DNA of 50,833 nucleotides from NCBI GenBank assembly GCA_003707115.1, contig PPNB01000025.1:62001-112833 (forward strand), in the 5' to 3' direction. Made by a program: the position numbers and the translations under genes. This DNA is from Tortispora ganteri. Taxonomy: Eukaryota. Shown here one piece after another: positions 40,345-50,833 of this stretch (position 1 is the first letter of the stretch; the number at the start of each line of letters is the position of its first letter). The notes beneath the pieces were generated by a model. That model did not search any database. It saw only the letters and a list, made by a program, of their open reading frames with translations, and was not told the DNA's origin.

Positions 40345-42726
40345 ATGCTTCGTAGGGCCGCTCCTTCCAAGAAGAACGAAGTCTACTCTAATGAGAACAA
40401 ACTTGACCCGTCATTAATAGTTCTAGCTAAGCCATTCAGCATCCCGATTAAGAGAAGACAAGGATCTATGAGAAGAAAAACCAATGTGGTATCATACAAC
40501 GAGGAGTCGATTATCACAATAAACGACGAATCGAAGCGTCGCAAACTGTTTTCTGCTAAAGATATAAATACTGTAAACTCAATGGACCTTCAAAAGTCCT
40601 TCAAGCTCCCTTTTCGATCGCTTCCCGAAGGCTATGACGCAAACAGCCCTCCTCCCGTTCTCGGCACCAGACGTCGTCCAAATTTCATTCCCAGACCTCT
40701 ACATGATCCCTGTGGAGAATTTGCTATTGTTTTGTATGACCCTACTATACCTATACCGGCGAAAGATACTGCACCTTTTACTCTTTCGCAAGAGCTCAAC
40801 CCCATCTCTGCACCTCCGCCAACTTCCGAACCACCCAAAAAGTCAAGACACAAAAGTCTCGCAGATATTTTAGGAATCAAAGATGAGGATCCAAACGATA
40901 GACCCAAAGTACCCGTGGTACTAGATCCTAGACTGGCCAAAGTACTGCGCCCACATCAGATAGAAGGTGTGCAATTTCTTTATAAGTGTACCACCGGGCA
41001 ACTGGATGAAAATGCATACGGTTGCATTATGGCAGACGAAATGGGTCTAGGAAAAACGCTTCAGTGTATTGCCCTGTGCTGGACGCTCCTCAGACAGAGT
41101 CCCATAGCTGGAAAATCAACAATTAGTAAATGTATTATAGTTTGTCCTTCCAGTTTAGTCAAGAACTGGGCAAACGAGTTTGACAAATGGCTCGGCAAAG
41201 GAACTGTAACCCCATTTGCTGTTGATGGTTCCGCTTCAAAAACAGAACTAATCGCTCAAATCCACCAATGGTGTACAGCTTCAGGACGATCCATTGTGCG
41301 CCCGGCTCTCATAATTTCTTATGAGACCCTGAGACTCTACTCTGAAGAGTTCGGTAGAACAGAGATAGGTCTGATGTTGTGTGACGAAGGACACAGGCTA
41401 AAAAACGGAGACAGTTTGACATTCACTGCCTTAACAGAGCTAAATGTTAAAAGGAGAGTCATTTTGTCAGGAACACCAATTCAAAATGATCTCTCAGAAT
41501 ATTTCTCTCTGATTACATTTGCAAATCCCGGTTTGCTAGGCTCAAGACTGGAGTTTCGCAAAAATTATGAGCTCGCTATTCTTCGTGGCAGAGATGCTAA
41601 CTGCACTGAAAAAGAACGTGAAATAGGCGAGCAAAAACTGACCGAGTTGAATAATATCGTTAGCAAGTTTATTATTCGCAGGACTAATGATTTGCTAACA
41701 AAATATCTGCCTGTGAAGTACGAGCATGTTGTATTCTGCAACTTATCTCCATTTCAATTGGCATTATACAAGCATTTCCTGGAATCACCAGCTATCACAC
41801 GTCTTCTTAAGGGAAAAGAAGCACAACCATTAAAATTGATCGGACAATTAAGAAAATTGTGCAATCATCCTGATCTCTTAAAACTACCAAAAGATGTTCC
41901 TGGAAGTGAAGAGCTGATAGAGAAATTCGGATACATTTCACCCGATTTGAGAGGCTATCGAGATAATGCTCCTCTTAGCATATTTAGTGGAAAATTTCAA
42001 GTACTGGAAAGAATGCTGTATAGAATTCGAAAAGATACTGATGACAAAATAGTCCTTATTAGCAACTTCACTCAAACGTTGGATCTTCTTGAGAAATTTT
42101 GCAAGGTAAGAAAGTACGGTGCATTGCGCTTGGATGGAACTATGAGTGTTAATAAACGCCAAAAGTTAGTTGACCGATTTAATGATCCGGAGGGCGAGGA
42201 GTTTGTGTTTCTTTTGAGCAGTAAGGCTGGAGGTTGTGGAATTAATTTGATTGGCGCCAACCGTTTGATTTTATTTGACCCTGACTGGAACCCGGCTGCA
42301 GATCAGCAGGCATTGGCTCGAGTATGGAGAGATGGGCAGAAAAAAGATTGCTTTGTTTATAGATTTGTCGGTACTGGCACTATAGAGGAGAACGTGTTCC
42401 AGAGACAAAGCATGAAACAGTCGTTATCATCTTGCGTTGTGGACAACGCGCAAGACGTTGAACGATTCTTTGCTCTTGATGACCTAAGGCTATTGTTTAG
42501 ATTGACCGAAGAATCGACTTCTACTACACACGAAACATTCAAATGCAAACGATGTGACCCTGATACGGGAGAACAACGGACAAAAGCGGAGGCTATCTTG
42601 TATGGTGATACAAGCACATGGAACCATTTTACCAATGATCGCTTGAAGGACATAGAAGATAAACTGCTGCAGCAAGAGTCCGGTGAGGATGTTGTTAGCT
42701 TTGCGTTCCAATATATTTCTCATTAG
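40345..42726 (+). CDS. RAD54: SNF2-family recombination translocase Rad54
   Basis: RPLHDP..EFAIVLYDPT, LRPHQ.EGV.FLY, GCIMADEMGLGKTLQCI, DEGHRLKN, LSGTPIQNDLSEYF and QALARVWRDGQKK. Confidence 0.97.
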   Translation: MLRRAAPSKKNEVYSNENKLDPSLIVLAKPFSIPIKRRQGSMRRKTNVVSYNEESIITINDESKRRKLFSAKDINTVNSMDLQKSFKLPFRSLPEGYDANSPPPVLGTRRRPNFIPRPLHDPCGEFAIVLYDPTIPIPAKDTAPFTLSQELNPISAPPPTSEPPKKSRHKSLADILGIKDEDPNDRPKVPVVLDPRLAKVLRPHQIEGVQFLYKCTTGQLDENAYGCIMADEMGLGKTLQCIALCWTLLRQSPIAGKSTISKCIIVCPSSLVKNWANEFDKWLGKGTVTPFAVDGSASKTELIAQIHQWCTASGRSIVRPALIISYETLRLYSEEFGRTEIGLMLCDEGHRLKNGDSLTFTALTELNVKRRVILSGTPIQNDLSEYFSLITFANPGLLGSRLEFRKNYELAILRGRDANCTEKEREIGEQKLTELNNIVSKFIIRRTNDLLTKYLPVKYEHVVFCNLSPFQLALYKHFLESPAITRLLKGKEAQPLKLIGQLRKLCNHPDLLKLPKDVPGSEELIEKFGYISPDLRGYRDNAPLSIFSGKFQVLERMLYRIRKDTDDKIVLISNFTQTLDLLEKFCKVRKYGALRLDGTMSVNKRQKLVDRFNDPEGEEFVFLLSSKAGGCGINLIGANRLILFDPDWNPAADQQALARVWRDGQKKDCFVYRFVGTGTIEENVFQRQSMKQSLSSCVVDNAQDVERFFALDDLRLLFRLTEESTSTTHETFKCKRCDPDTGEQRTKAEAILYGDTSTWNHFTNDRLKDIEDKLLQQESGEDVVSFAFQYISH

Positions 42727-43026
42727 AATTCATGATTCGTGAAAATAGAACGAATGACGGGCGATCGGCTAAAGAATTAAAAGCTAAAGAATCGATGGAA
42801 GCTCATTACTGGGAATTCAGCTCGTAGAAGCTTGCATCAAAACCCAAAATGGAAAGAAAAAAGTTTGTTCGATTTCTGACTGATACTCTCTTATAACATA
42901 CACACCACCGAAATTAAGGGGCTCTTTTGGTCATTAAAGTACGGTCAAAGGGATCCATAGAGTTGGAATCAGATCGAAAAGCCAAGTCGAAGAAATAATC
43001 TGCTAAAGTGTTAGAAAACGAAAAAA

Positions 43027-43659
43027 ATGGCTGAGAAAGAGTACGTGTCGTACAATGAAGTTCACAAAATGTGTCAGGAAGGAGCTGAAATTCTGAAGAA
43101 TTTTAAGCCTGATCTCATGATCGCTATAGGCGGAGGTGGTTTTATTCCGGCCCGAATTCTTAGAACATTCTTAAAAGAGCCAGGAGCTAAAAATATTCCT
43201 ATTCAAGCTATCGGATTGTCTTTGTACGAGCAAATTGGACAAGGTCCTCTTAGTGTTACTCCCGAAAAGGAACAAGCAGGTATGGAAGTGGTACGTACAC
43301 AATGGCTAGATTTCAATAATTTAGAGCAACATGCCGGTAACTTAATTGGAAAGAAAATACTGATTGTTGATGAAGTTGATGACACTAGAACCACTCTTCA
43401 TTATGCTCTCTCTGAATTACAGAAAGACGTTAAGGCTCAAGCAGAAAAGTTGGGACGCAAAGATGAAGAGACTTCTTTCTATATATTTGTTTTGCACAAC
43501 AAGGACAAGCCAAAGCACGCTGAGCTACCAGAAGACATGATTTCTGAAGGAAGGTACATTGCTGCTAGGACTGTTCCTGACATTTGGATCGCCTATCCTT
43601 GGGAGGCGCGTGATATAGATGAGCAAACTCGTTTGGCTGAATTGAAGAATCAGCATTGA
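43027..43659 (+). CDS. XPT1: Xanthine/hypoxanthine-guanine phosphoribosyltransferase (Xpt1/Hpt1 family)
   Basis: Motifs IAIGGGGFIPARILR.FLK, QAIGLSLYE, ILIVDEVDDTRTTLHYA and W..YPWE. Confidence 0.92.
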   Translation: MAEKEYVSYNEVHKMCQEGAEILKNFKPDLMIAIGGGGFIPARILRTFLKEPGAKNIPIQAIGLSLYEQIGQGPLSVTPEKEQAGMEVVRTQWLDFNNLEQHAGNLIGKKILIVDEVDDTRTTLHYALSELQKDVKAQAEKLGRKDEETSFYIFVLHNKDKPKHAELPEDMISEGRYIAARTVPDIWIAYPWEARDIDEQTRLAELKNQH

Positions 43660-43807
43660 GAGAATGTTTATAGGTTTTGAGATTGCATTTTTGTCACAGG
43701 CTTAGAGTCTTACATAATAAAGATAAGTTTGTATGTATATATCGTAATCATTAATAAGAAGATCATTCGATAGATCGATTCAAGTGAATGCATGTAAGCG
43801 TTGGATG

Positions 43808-44494
43808 CTAAGACATTTTGATATCTTTAAGCATACCGCGAATGTGTGTATTTGTAATTTTACCGCGGCGCGGCTTTTTTCGTTTGTGTTCAGCGACCGA
43901 AATGGATTCCTTCTTTATGCTAGCTGGATCTATCGAAGTTGGTTTAAGGCCTGCAGCCTGCAACATCGCCGGAAGTTCAGCAACCGTGGGTAGTTTAACT
44001 TCATGCCAGATTCTTACGTATTCTTTGTCGACGCCGCCTAGGGGACCGTATCTGTTTTCCCAAACAATTCGAGGGATAGAGTCCTTCTTAGAGCAGAGCA
44101 TCAATATTTCACCTCTTTCGGACATCTTTTCAAGCTCAGGAATGCAATCGGGCCACCCGTCTTTGAGGTCCTTAACTGAAATTCCAGTGAAACCAGGCTG
44201 GGCATGCAGGTATGCCAGCAATGCAGGTCCGTTTCTAATATTATAAGCAGGGATATACTCTAAGGATGAATTAGCTTCATCGTAATTGATGAATTTAAGA
44301 TCTTTCATGTAAGGCACAAACATGAGCTGACCGGATCCCTTGCCCGTAGACATGTATGATTCCAGGTCTTCTACGGACACCGGACCTCTCTTCTTCTTCA
44401 AATACTCAATGGCATGGTGAACCAAAGTAAATTCGTGACTGCCCATACCTGTATTAGCGGGCTGCGAATAGACATTGCTGCGTTTGCCATCCAT
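43808..44494 (-). CDS. TFA2: Transcription factor TFIIE beta subunit
   Basis: Motifs VYSQPA.TG.G.H..T, GISVKDLKDGW, W..VKLP...ELP..L...GLKPTS.DP and KITNTH..G.L. Confidence 0.92.
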   Translation of the reverse strand: MDGKRSNVYSQPANTGMGSHEFTLVHHAIEYLKKKRGPVSVEDLESYMSTGKGSGQLMFVPYMKDLKFINYDEANSSLEYIPAYNIRNGPALLAYLHAQPGFTGISVKDLKDGWPDCIPELEKMSERGEILMLCSKKDSIPRIVWENRYGPLGGVDKEYVRIWHEVKLPTVAELPAMLQAAGLKPTSIDPASIKKESISVAEHKRKKPRRGKITNTHIRGMLKDIKMS

Positions 44495-44663
44495 AGAGAT
44501 AGTGGATCGAGCAAGGCAAAGAAGCAGTATTTTCTAATGGTGAGCTGATATAACCCTTGAGAGGGTTAAGGGTAAACCATCCGCCGCGCTGTAACAGGCG
44601 GGAGTGTTTGAAATGAAGGTCTCCTTGCCTGTTTTGCACCCACTAGAAGCTAGCGAGTGAATA

Positions 44664-45254
44664 ATGAAAATATATTATATAGGTGTGCTGAAGGCAGAAA
44701 CGCCTGCGAAAGTGTTAGCTGCGGCTAAGGACCTGTCGTCATTTTCCTTTTTTGAACGCAGCGCCGTAGGGGAATCACTTGAGTTTTTCTCCAGCACTGT
44801 AGCGGAGCGCACACAGAAAGGGCAGAGACAGTCAGTTGAAGAAGGAAGATACATTGCACACACGCATGTGAGATCAGAAGGTATTGCTGGTGTGTTGATA
44901 TCAGACGGGGATTACCCTGTGAGAGTTGCATATACGCTTATTGGCAAAGTGCTAGACGAGTTCATTACCCAGTATCCTAGGGCGGTACAAGATCAGCCGA
45001 CTGATGGGTACAGTTTCCCACAGTTAGACGAGTACATTGTGAAATACCAGAACCCGGCGCAGGCCGACACATTAATGAAAGTACAGCAGGAGCTGGACGA
45101 GACGAAAATTGTTCTTCACAAAACTATTGAGAGTGTGCTAGCTAGGGGCGAGAAACTCGATAGCCTGGTAGATAAGAGCGAGAATTTGAGCATGACTACA
45201 CGACAATTCTACAAACAGGCCAAAAAGACTAATTCTTGTTGTATAATTATGTGA
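44664..45254 (+). CDS. YKT6: Longin R-SNARE Ykt6
   Basis: [42 protein letters not shown] and a C-terminal CCIIM prenylation motif. Confidence 0.97.
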   Translation: MKIYYIGVLKAETPAKVLAAAKDLSSFSFFERSAVGESLEFFSSTVAERTQKGQRQSVEEGRYIAHTHVRSEGIAGVLISDGDYPVRVAYTLIGKVLDEFITQYPRAVQDQPTDGYSFPQLDEYIVKYQNPAQADTLMKVQQELDETKIVLHKTIESVLARGEKLDSLVDKSENLSMTTRQFYKQAKKTNSCCIIM

Positions 45255-45360
45255 AACTTGAACCTCTTTGTTTTTCGATGAATAGCTAATTGAAATAAAG
45301 TATACTTTACCCTTATTATTATTATAGCGGAGATCAAAGGCGGCGTTATGACCACAACCT

Positions 45361-45882
45361 TCAAGCCATATCTCCATGAATCCCAACCGTAGCTACAATA
45401 AAACCTAGCAATGAAGTAGCAAATCCCACAGTGATATATGCAGGGTTTACCGCAATAGATTCCGCTTTAGACGAAGTGCTTTCAGCACCCAGATCGCGAT
45501 ATACAGATCCATCGAGATTGCTTACTTCGCCTTCTGTCTCTATTTCTTCATTCTCCGCTTCAGCGGGCCAAAGTGTGAATGACGAGTTCTCTAACCAATC
45601 AATGCCAATGCAGATCGGCCCCACTAAAGCAGAATACAGAAGGTAAGGGTGTCTACCACGAATTCCGCCACGCAAAAATGCTAACAACATAGCCGCAGAA
45701 CTAACGCCTCCTAAAACTCTTGTCATTTTCCTAAACAGTTCACGCCCTTCTTCCGCAGGCTCTGATCCTTCCGCCTTCAACACACCCATATCGATCCAGC
45801 GCATGCTTGCATACACACCTGTCATCATTCCAAGCGTCACTGTTCCAATAACTTTGGTGAAAATTACTGTAGGACAAGTCAT
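45361..45882 (-). CDS. ATG33: Mitophagy protein, Atg33/Scm4 family
   Basis: N-terminal C....TK.IGT.TLG..TG, RHPYLLY.AL and C-terminal GF..A.VGI.GD. Confidence 0.8.
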   Translation of the reverse strand: MTCPTVIFTKVIGTVTLGMMTGVYASMRWIDMGVLKAEGSEPAEEGRELFRKMTRVLGGVSSAAMLLAFLRGGIRGRHPYLLYSALVGPICIGIDWLENSSFTLWPAEAENEEIETEGEVSNLDGSVYRDLGAESTSSKAESIAVNPAYITVGFATSLLGFIVATVGIHGDMA

Positions 45883-46088
45883 ACTTGAAGAATTAATATT
45901 CGCTTATCTGTTAATCTTGCAGTCTGCCGTTCTGTTAGGTCGATTGTTTCCTCGTGTGTGTCCGTCTCTCCCAGTAAGTCGTATTTGGCCACTAGTACAA
46001 CCCTTAACCCGACCGTTCGCCGAGGTTCACGTTCGCTTAGGTGCTATTGTCCAAGAGTGTCCGCTTTTATTGCCAATTCAGCACGGGC

Positions 46089-47807
46089 ATGCTGCCGGAA
46101 CAAATAGAAACATATACAATTGTCCACCCGCAGCTTGGGGATATGACTGGCCAGTTGCGCCGCCACGTTCGTGGTGACGTGCTCCAATTTTGGTCTGTTC
46201 CCTATGCTCGGTTACCAGCTCGGTTCACTCAAGCTGATTTGTGCATTTCACTCGACCATACCTCAAGGTTATTCACCACTCGCGGGCCCATACAGCCACA
46301 GTACTTCAATCCCGATGATAAGGATTTCACCGGTGTACCATGGTCGACGGATCTGGTCTATGATGAGTACAATTCATTTGTAGTCACTATATCCAGACCG
46401 CTGCATATCCCTCCCGACGTTCAGCTGCCTGTGCTAGTATGGATTCATGGTGGCTCGTTTATTATGGGTGCAGGAGCTTCAACTAAGTTTGAAGACAACT
46501 CGTACTTGGTAGCGGAATCGATAGCTCTGCAAATGCCTATTATAATAGTGTCAGTGCAATATAGACTCGGGTACTTGGGTTTCTTGTCGTCATCAGCATT
46601 ACGGGATGAAGTATTAGCTGGCGATCAGTCATCTCCGTACTGTAATTTTGGTCTACACGATCAATATCTTGCCCTAAAATGGGTTCAGACATTTATTTCT
46701 GGGTTTGGGGGTAATCCAAGAAGAGTCACACTTGGTGGCCAGTCTTCTGGATCAGTAAGTGTATTGTATCAAGCCATACACGCAGCAGAGACAGATCGGC
46801 TTCCACCATTTTCGCAGCTGATCGCACAATCTGCTACTCCAATTACATCTATACCGCGTACTTTGGAACAAGAAGATGCCATATTTCGTGATTTGACAGC
46901 TTACCTAGGTTTGCCCGATGATATGCCGGACTCTGAAAAGCTAAATACTCTGCGAAAACTACCAGTGAAAAGTCTGATAGATGCCTCCGTCAGATATCTT
47001 CCAGATTTTCCCGTTTTCTTTGCTGCCGCGTCTGATGGAACATTTGTTGTGAATAAAACAGTCCAAGATTCTTACGAATACCGTATAGCCAACATTCCAC
47101 ACTTGAGAGCTGTTTTAACGGGAGATGTTTTGTTCGAAGGCTCATACCTCATAGACTTTATAAATGTTGAGCACGTTTTTGCTGGAATCAAAAAATTACT
47201 TGTTGAAGACGGCAAAGATCCTGTCATAGCGGAGAAACTGATGCAGCTTTATGGCATCACGCAGTGCAATTCTGACAAAGACAACCGTATTAGAGCCTCT
47301 AAAATGATCGGTGATCTTGCTATCAGCTATCCGCATTATCGTCTCGCTAAGAGACTATCTGAAGAATCTAAATTTCCAGTTTACTATTATCGCTTCGGTC
47401 ATCCTAACCCTACACAAGGTTCCCCTGACTATGGGTTTGCGAACCATTGTGTTGAATTACTATACCTTTTTCAGACCATGAGCCATTCTGTTGATGGTAA
47501 GGAACCAAGATTTAAAGACCCGAATGACCTATTGTTAGCAAGCCGAATAGCTCAGCGCTGGATTAAGTTTGTTAATAACGAATCTCCTTGGGCAGCTTAT
47601 TCGCATAAGGACCCTGAAATTCTAACGACCTCTTCAGAGTTCTCTGGATCGGAAATTGCCATGTCTAAAGAGAAAGATCTTCGTTCTGAATCTGATTACC
47701 GGTTTGAAAACATTGATTTCATTGCAGAAAACTTGGACTTCACTGCTACTCGGATTAGTACTTGGGTAATGGATTCACTTGGCCGGAACGCGGGGTTGTA
47801 TAATTGA
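46089..47807 (+). CDS. Type-B carboxylesterase (alpha/beta hydrolase)
   Basis: PVLVWIHGGSF, YRLG.LGFL, NFGLHDQ..AL.WV...ISGFGG.P..VTL.GQSSG, plus candidate triad Glu (FEG) and His (NHCVEL). First ATG is at 46089. Confidence 0.9.
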   Translation: MLPEQIETYTIVHPQLGDMTGQLRRHVRGDVLQFWSVPYARLPARFTQADLCISLDHTSRLFTTRGPIQPQYFNPDDKDFTGVPWSTDLVYDEYNSFVVTISRPLHIPPDVQLPVLVWIHGGSFIMGAGASTKFEDNSYLVAESIALQMPIIIVSVQYRLGYLGFLSSSALRDEVLAGDQSSPYCNFGLHDQYLALKWVQTFISGFGGNPRRVTLGGQSSGSVSVLYQAIHAAETDRLPPFSQLIAQSATPITSIPRTLEQEDAIFRDLTAYLGLPDDMPDSEKLNTLRKLPVKSLIDASVRYLPDFPVFFAAASDGTFVVNKTVQDSYEYRIANIPHLRAVLTGDVLFEGSYLIDFINVEHVFAGIKKLLVEDGKDPVIAEKLMQLYGITQCNSDKDNRIRASKMIGDLAISYPHYRLAKRLSEESKFPVYYYRFGHPNPTQGSPDYGFANHCVELLYLFQTMSHSVDGKEPRFKDPNDLLLASRIAQRWIKFVNNESPWAAYSHKDPEILTTSSEFSGSEIAMSKEKDLRSESDYRFENIDFIAENLDFTATRISTWVMDSLGRNAGLYN

Positions 47808-48027
47808 TCTGCACGAGATCATCTTGCATTGCGAAACCTCAAAGGGTCCTTTAGTTATTGGCAGCGAACTACTCAAAGATACATAATTAACTTTTATGCC
47901 CTTTACTGTTATCCTAGATCAAATGATCGGACAGCTTACACTTACTATAGATGGTATATATATATCAAGCTTTAGTTTACTTTGAACTAATCTGATATAA
48001 CAGTCTTTCATTCAGAAGCTAGATTCA

Positions 48028-49299
48028 ATGATTGACTCAATGTTCGCAAATCAGATTTTAGTGTTTGGTTTGCTTTTATGGTCAGTTACAGTCGAGTCTT
48101 TGGCGATACCTAGATCTAGCGACCCTCGAAAGTACATTGTTCAGCTCTCTTCTTCAACTGACTTGTTCTCACACATCAGGAACAATTCCTTTTTAACGCA
48201 TGTGGGAATATCTGGAGTAGGTAAAGAAAACTCACAGAAAACTGATGGAACAATTGAACGGATTTATTCTATTGGTAATTTCACTGCTTATCTTGGAAGC
48301 TTTAACACTGAAATTGTACAAGAGCTGAGCGCAAATGCCGACGTTAAGCAAGTCCTTCCTGATGATATGTTCCGTGTTGGAATTGAAGATATTAACCTAG
48401 AGTATGGACAAGTGGTTAAACAGTCGGATGTATTTGAACAGCTGGCACCAATGAACTGGGGACTTGCTGCAATCAGCTCTAAGGATCTCTTTTGGGATGG
48501 AGCTGCATATAGGGCACCACTTCCCTTAGGCACAGGCGTCAAAGTTTACGTTGTAGACACTGGTGTTTATACTGAACATCCTGAATTTGAAAATATGCGC
48601 GCTGTAAAGGGGGCTAACTTTGTATCTGACGAATCGGACGAAGACTTGAACGGACATGGGACATTTGTCAGCGGAATTATAGCAGGTGAATTGTCTGGTA
48701 TTGCTAAAGATGCTAGTATAATTGCCGTGAAGGCTTTTAATAGTCAAGGGTTCTCTTCATATTCGTCTTTACTTGCAGCATTTGAGTGGATATACAATAA
48801 CCACGACTCTGCTGACCGGGCTCTTATCAACTATTCTGCCGGTGGACGCGATCCTTATGGTATTATGGATCTAGTCATCGAACAGCTCTACTCTGTGGGC
48901 CTTAATTTTGTGCGAGCGGCAGGTAATGAAGGAGTTGATGCATGCTCGTATATTGGTCACAATGAGTATGCCATTACTGCAGGCAGTTTTGATATGAACG
49001 GCAATAAAGACGATTTTTCCAATTACGGCGAATGTGTCGATATTTGGGCTCCGGGTAAAAATATCATATCGGCGAATTCCCGATATAAAAATGGTGATCC
49101 TTATTTTACTACTAAATCTGGCTCATCTTTTTCATGTGCTCATGTATCAGGCGTGGCTGCTATTTTCCTGGTACATGGAATTTTTCCACAAGACCTCAAA
49201 TCTAGCATACTTAGGTTAGGAATCAGAAACCAGCTTGGACGTATGGATACTACTGATACCAATTTGAGGCTTTATAACAATTTAGAAGGTTTCAGTTAA
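48028..49299 (+). CDS. Secreted proteinase K-like subtilisin (S8) with signal peptide and I9 propeptide
   Basis: Hydrophobic N-terminus, YIV.L propeptide, WGL..IS, VYVVDTG (Asp), GHGT (His), AAGN, FSNYG.CVDIWAPG and SGSSFS (Ser). Confidence 0.92.
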   Translation: MIDSMFANQILVFGLLLWSVTVESLAIPRSSDPRKYIVQLSSSTDLFSHIRNNSFLTHVGISGVGKENSQKTDGTIERIYSIGNFTAYLGSFNTEIVQELSANADVKQVLPDDMFRVGIEDINLEYGQVVKQSDVFEQLAPMNWGLAAISSKDLFWDGAAYRAPLPLGTGVKVYVVDTGVYTEHPEFENMRAVKGANFVSDESDEDLNGHGTFVSGIIAGELSGIAKDASIIAVKAFNSQGFSSYSSLLAAFEWIYNNHDSADRALINYSAGGRDPYGIMDLVIEQLYSVGLNFVRAAGNEGVDACSYIGHNEYAITAGSFDMNGNKDDFSNYGECVDIWAPGKNIISANSRYKNGDPYFTTKSGSSFSCAHVSGVAAIFLVHGIFPQDLKSSILRLGIRNQLGRMDTTDTNLRLYNNLEGFS

Positions 49300-49402
49300 T
49301 GACTTGATACATTATAATTATATTAAAATATCGTCATTAGTGCATTGTTCATTAAACTAGTGCTGAAAGTTATTTTCATATATTCATTAGACATCAAGAG
49401 AG

Positions 49403-50833
49403 CTAAACTTGGCTCACTGTTTTAGAATTAACAAAGCTGCCAATTTCTAACATAGCAGAGTCATCTCCATTGCTCAGTTCAGGCGAATCTAAAGCGCCGG
49501 CTACACATTCCCATGGATCGCGACTTCCGCCCCATTTGAGTACTTCGTTAGCGAATTTCTCGCCTGCCTTTCGTGAAAGTGGGTCTTTCTCAAATAGATG
49601 CGTATATATCTTTGAAGCTATAGCGCGGTCAAGGAGGTAAGAGTAGTATGTCGCGCCGTAGCCAAAGAGGTGTGTGAAATAGGTATGCCATCTGTTCTCG
49701 GGGACAGGTTTGTAGAGCCCCATTTGGCATTGTAGATCAAAGTAAATAGAACAAGAATCAAATAAAGGGTCATTAGCACAGGAAGAGTGGAATATTTGAT
49801 CTAACTGAGCCATCATTATCTGAGTATATGTTTCACAGTTAGCAAGATGTTCTGTTCTGCGGGCCTTGAAGGCATTTATCAGCTCTAGAGAAGGCGGCTC
49901 ATTTGTTTTGTAATGTCTCGCAAAAGATTGAAGAACTGATGGCGCTGAGACAAGGTGCTCCATTAGAATAGACGGAAGTTCTACAAAATCAGTAGCAGAC
50001 CTGGTTCCAGCAACGTTGTGCAGGTCTGTCCGTCCGAGCATCGAATGCACTGCATGTCCCATCTCATGAAAGAGAGTTTCCGTCTCGTAAAAGGAAAGAA
50101 GAGTAGGACCACTAGGAGATTTGTTAAATCCACACACTAGCACAATTGTAGGAAGCTGATGTAGTTCACCAGAAGATGATACAGACATTGAAAGCGGGTT
50201 CCGAGAACCATAGTCAGATTCAATAGGATCGTCTAAGATTCGCCGGGAACATCTGATTGTAAAGTGAGCTGGTCCCTGAGATTTGAAATTATTAGAAAAC
50301 AAATCGCAGTAAACCATACCTATACGCTCATCATTTTCTGTAATTACGTCTAGCCGACATACTGAGTCGTCCCACGTTTCAAACTGTTGCATCGACCCTG
50401 GAACAAGCCGTATACCGTAAAGCGAATTGAACAACTTAGACAAACCAACCATAACAGTACCAATAGATAAATAAGAGCTGAGAAGATCCATATTGCTTGT
50501 TCTAGAACTGCTTTGCGAGATCATCTTGTGTAAATAATAGTCACGGTCCCAAGCCTCAATTCTTCCAGGAGCATTAGTAGCAGCAGCAAGAGTTTGAAGC
50601 TCAGAAACAGCTAGTGGTCGAAATGCTTTAGCCATGTTCTCAAGAAATCTTTTCACTGCACGAGGTGATTTTGCCATTTTGTCGCGAAGCTGGTACTCTC
50701 CATAAGATTGAAACCCCAAAGTCTGCGCCAGTTCTGCACGCGTCTTCAATAACGTTTCCAGACGAGAGACTTGTCTATCTGAAGTTTTTCTGTCAGCCAG
50801 CCAAAGCTCTCGACGGGTGTCAGCGCTGTCGGC
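49403..50833 (-). CDS. OCT1: Mitochondrial intermediate peptidase (M3), 5' truncated by the window edge
   Basis: AHFTIRCSR, TLFHEMGHA.HSMLGRT..HNVAGTR.ATDFVELPSILME, HLFGYGATYYSYL.DRAIA and VLKWGG.RDPW. Confidence 0.95.
   Translation of the reverse strand, partial: ADSADTRRELWLADRKTSDRQVSRLETLLKTRAELAQTLGFQSYGEYQLRDKMAKSPRAVKRFLENMAKAFRPLAVSELQTLAAATNAPGRIEAWDRDYYLHKMISQSSSRTSNMDLLSSYLSIGTVMVGLSKLFNSLYGIRLVPGSMQQFETWDDSVCRLDVITENDERIGMVYCDLFSNNFKSQGPAHFTIRCSRRILDDPIESDYGSRNPLSMSVSSSGELHQLPTIVLVCGFNKSPSGPTLLSFYETETLFHEMGHAVHSMLGRTDLHNVAGTRSATDFVELPSILMEHLVSAPSVLQSFARHYKTNEPPSLELINAFKARRTEHLANCETYTQIMMAQLDQIFHSSCANDPLFDSCSIYFDLQCQMGLYKPVPENRWHTYFTHLFGYGATYYSYLLDRAIASKIYTHLFEKDPLSRKAGEKFANEVLKWGGSRDPWECVAGALDSPELSNGDDSAMLEIGSFVNSKTVSQV

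Noticed and set aside
40345..42726. Alternative CTG genetic code
   Set aside because: CTG encodes conserved Leu positions in Rad54 (KVLRPHQ, CIAL), consistent with the standard code.
34373..42726. DNA-repair cluster (DDI1, TPP1, RAD54)
   Set aside because: The genes act in different pathways and are interspersed with unrelated genes, which is compatible with chance.

Overview
This is eukaryotic nuclear DNA from a very compact, intron-poor ascomycete yeast. It is most likely an early-diverging Saccharomycotina (inference): introns use GTAAGT/GTACGT...(T)ACTAAC...AG, CTG sits at conserved Leu positions in Rad54, a CreC-type WD40 gene is present, and U2 snRNA is the short form. The window holds 32 protein genes, two truncated by the edges: RAD18, CHM7, TRS85, ARE2, RRP46, CCA1, RGT1-like, ZDS1-like, GEM1, creC, APS3, ROD1/creD arrestin, COS111, ALG10, RRN11-like, GVP36, TPA1, DDI1, SSU72, a hotdog thioesterase, LSM2, ARV1, TPP1, a mitochondrial carrier, RAD54, XPT1, TFA2, YKT6, ATG33, a carboxylesterase, a subtilisin and OCT1. 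Three genes (ZDS1, APS3, ROD1) need splicing that the ORF track misses, and a U2 snRNA gene lies at about 33988-34170. I saw no tRNA, rRNA, CRISPR array or transposon. The best leads are a glucose-repression neighbourhood (RGT1, creC, creD) that may preserve the Aspergillus creC-creD linkage, an unexplained hairpin-rich ~0.5 kb non-coding locus at 27.7-28.3 kb, an RNase III-type hairpin after U2 with a non-AGNN loop, and several unusual splice architectures. Gene names come from motif recognition by eye, not from database searches.
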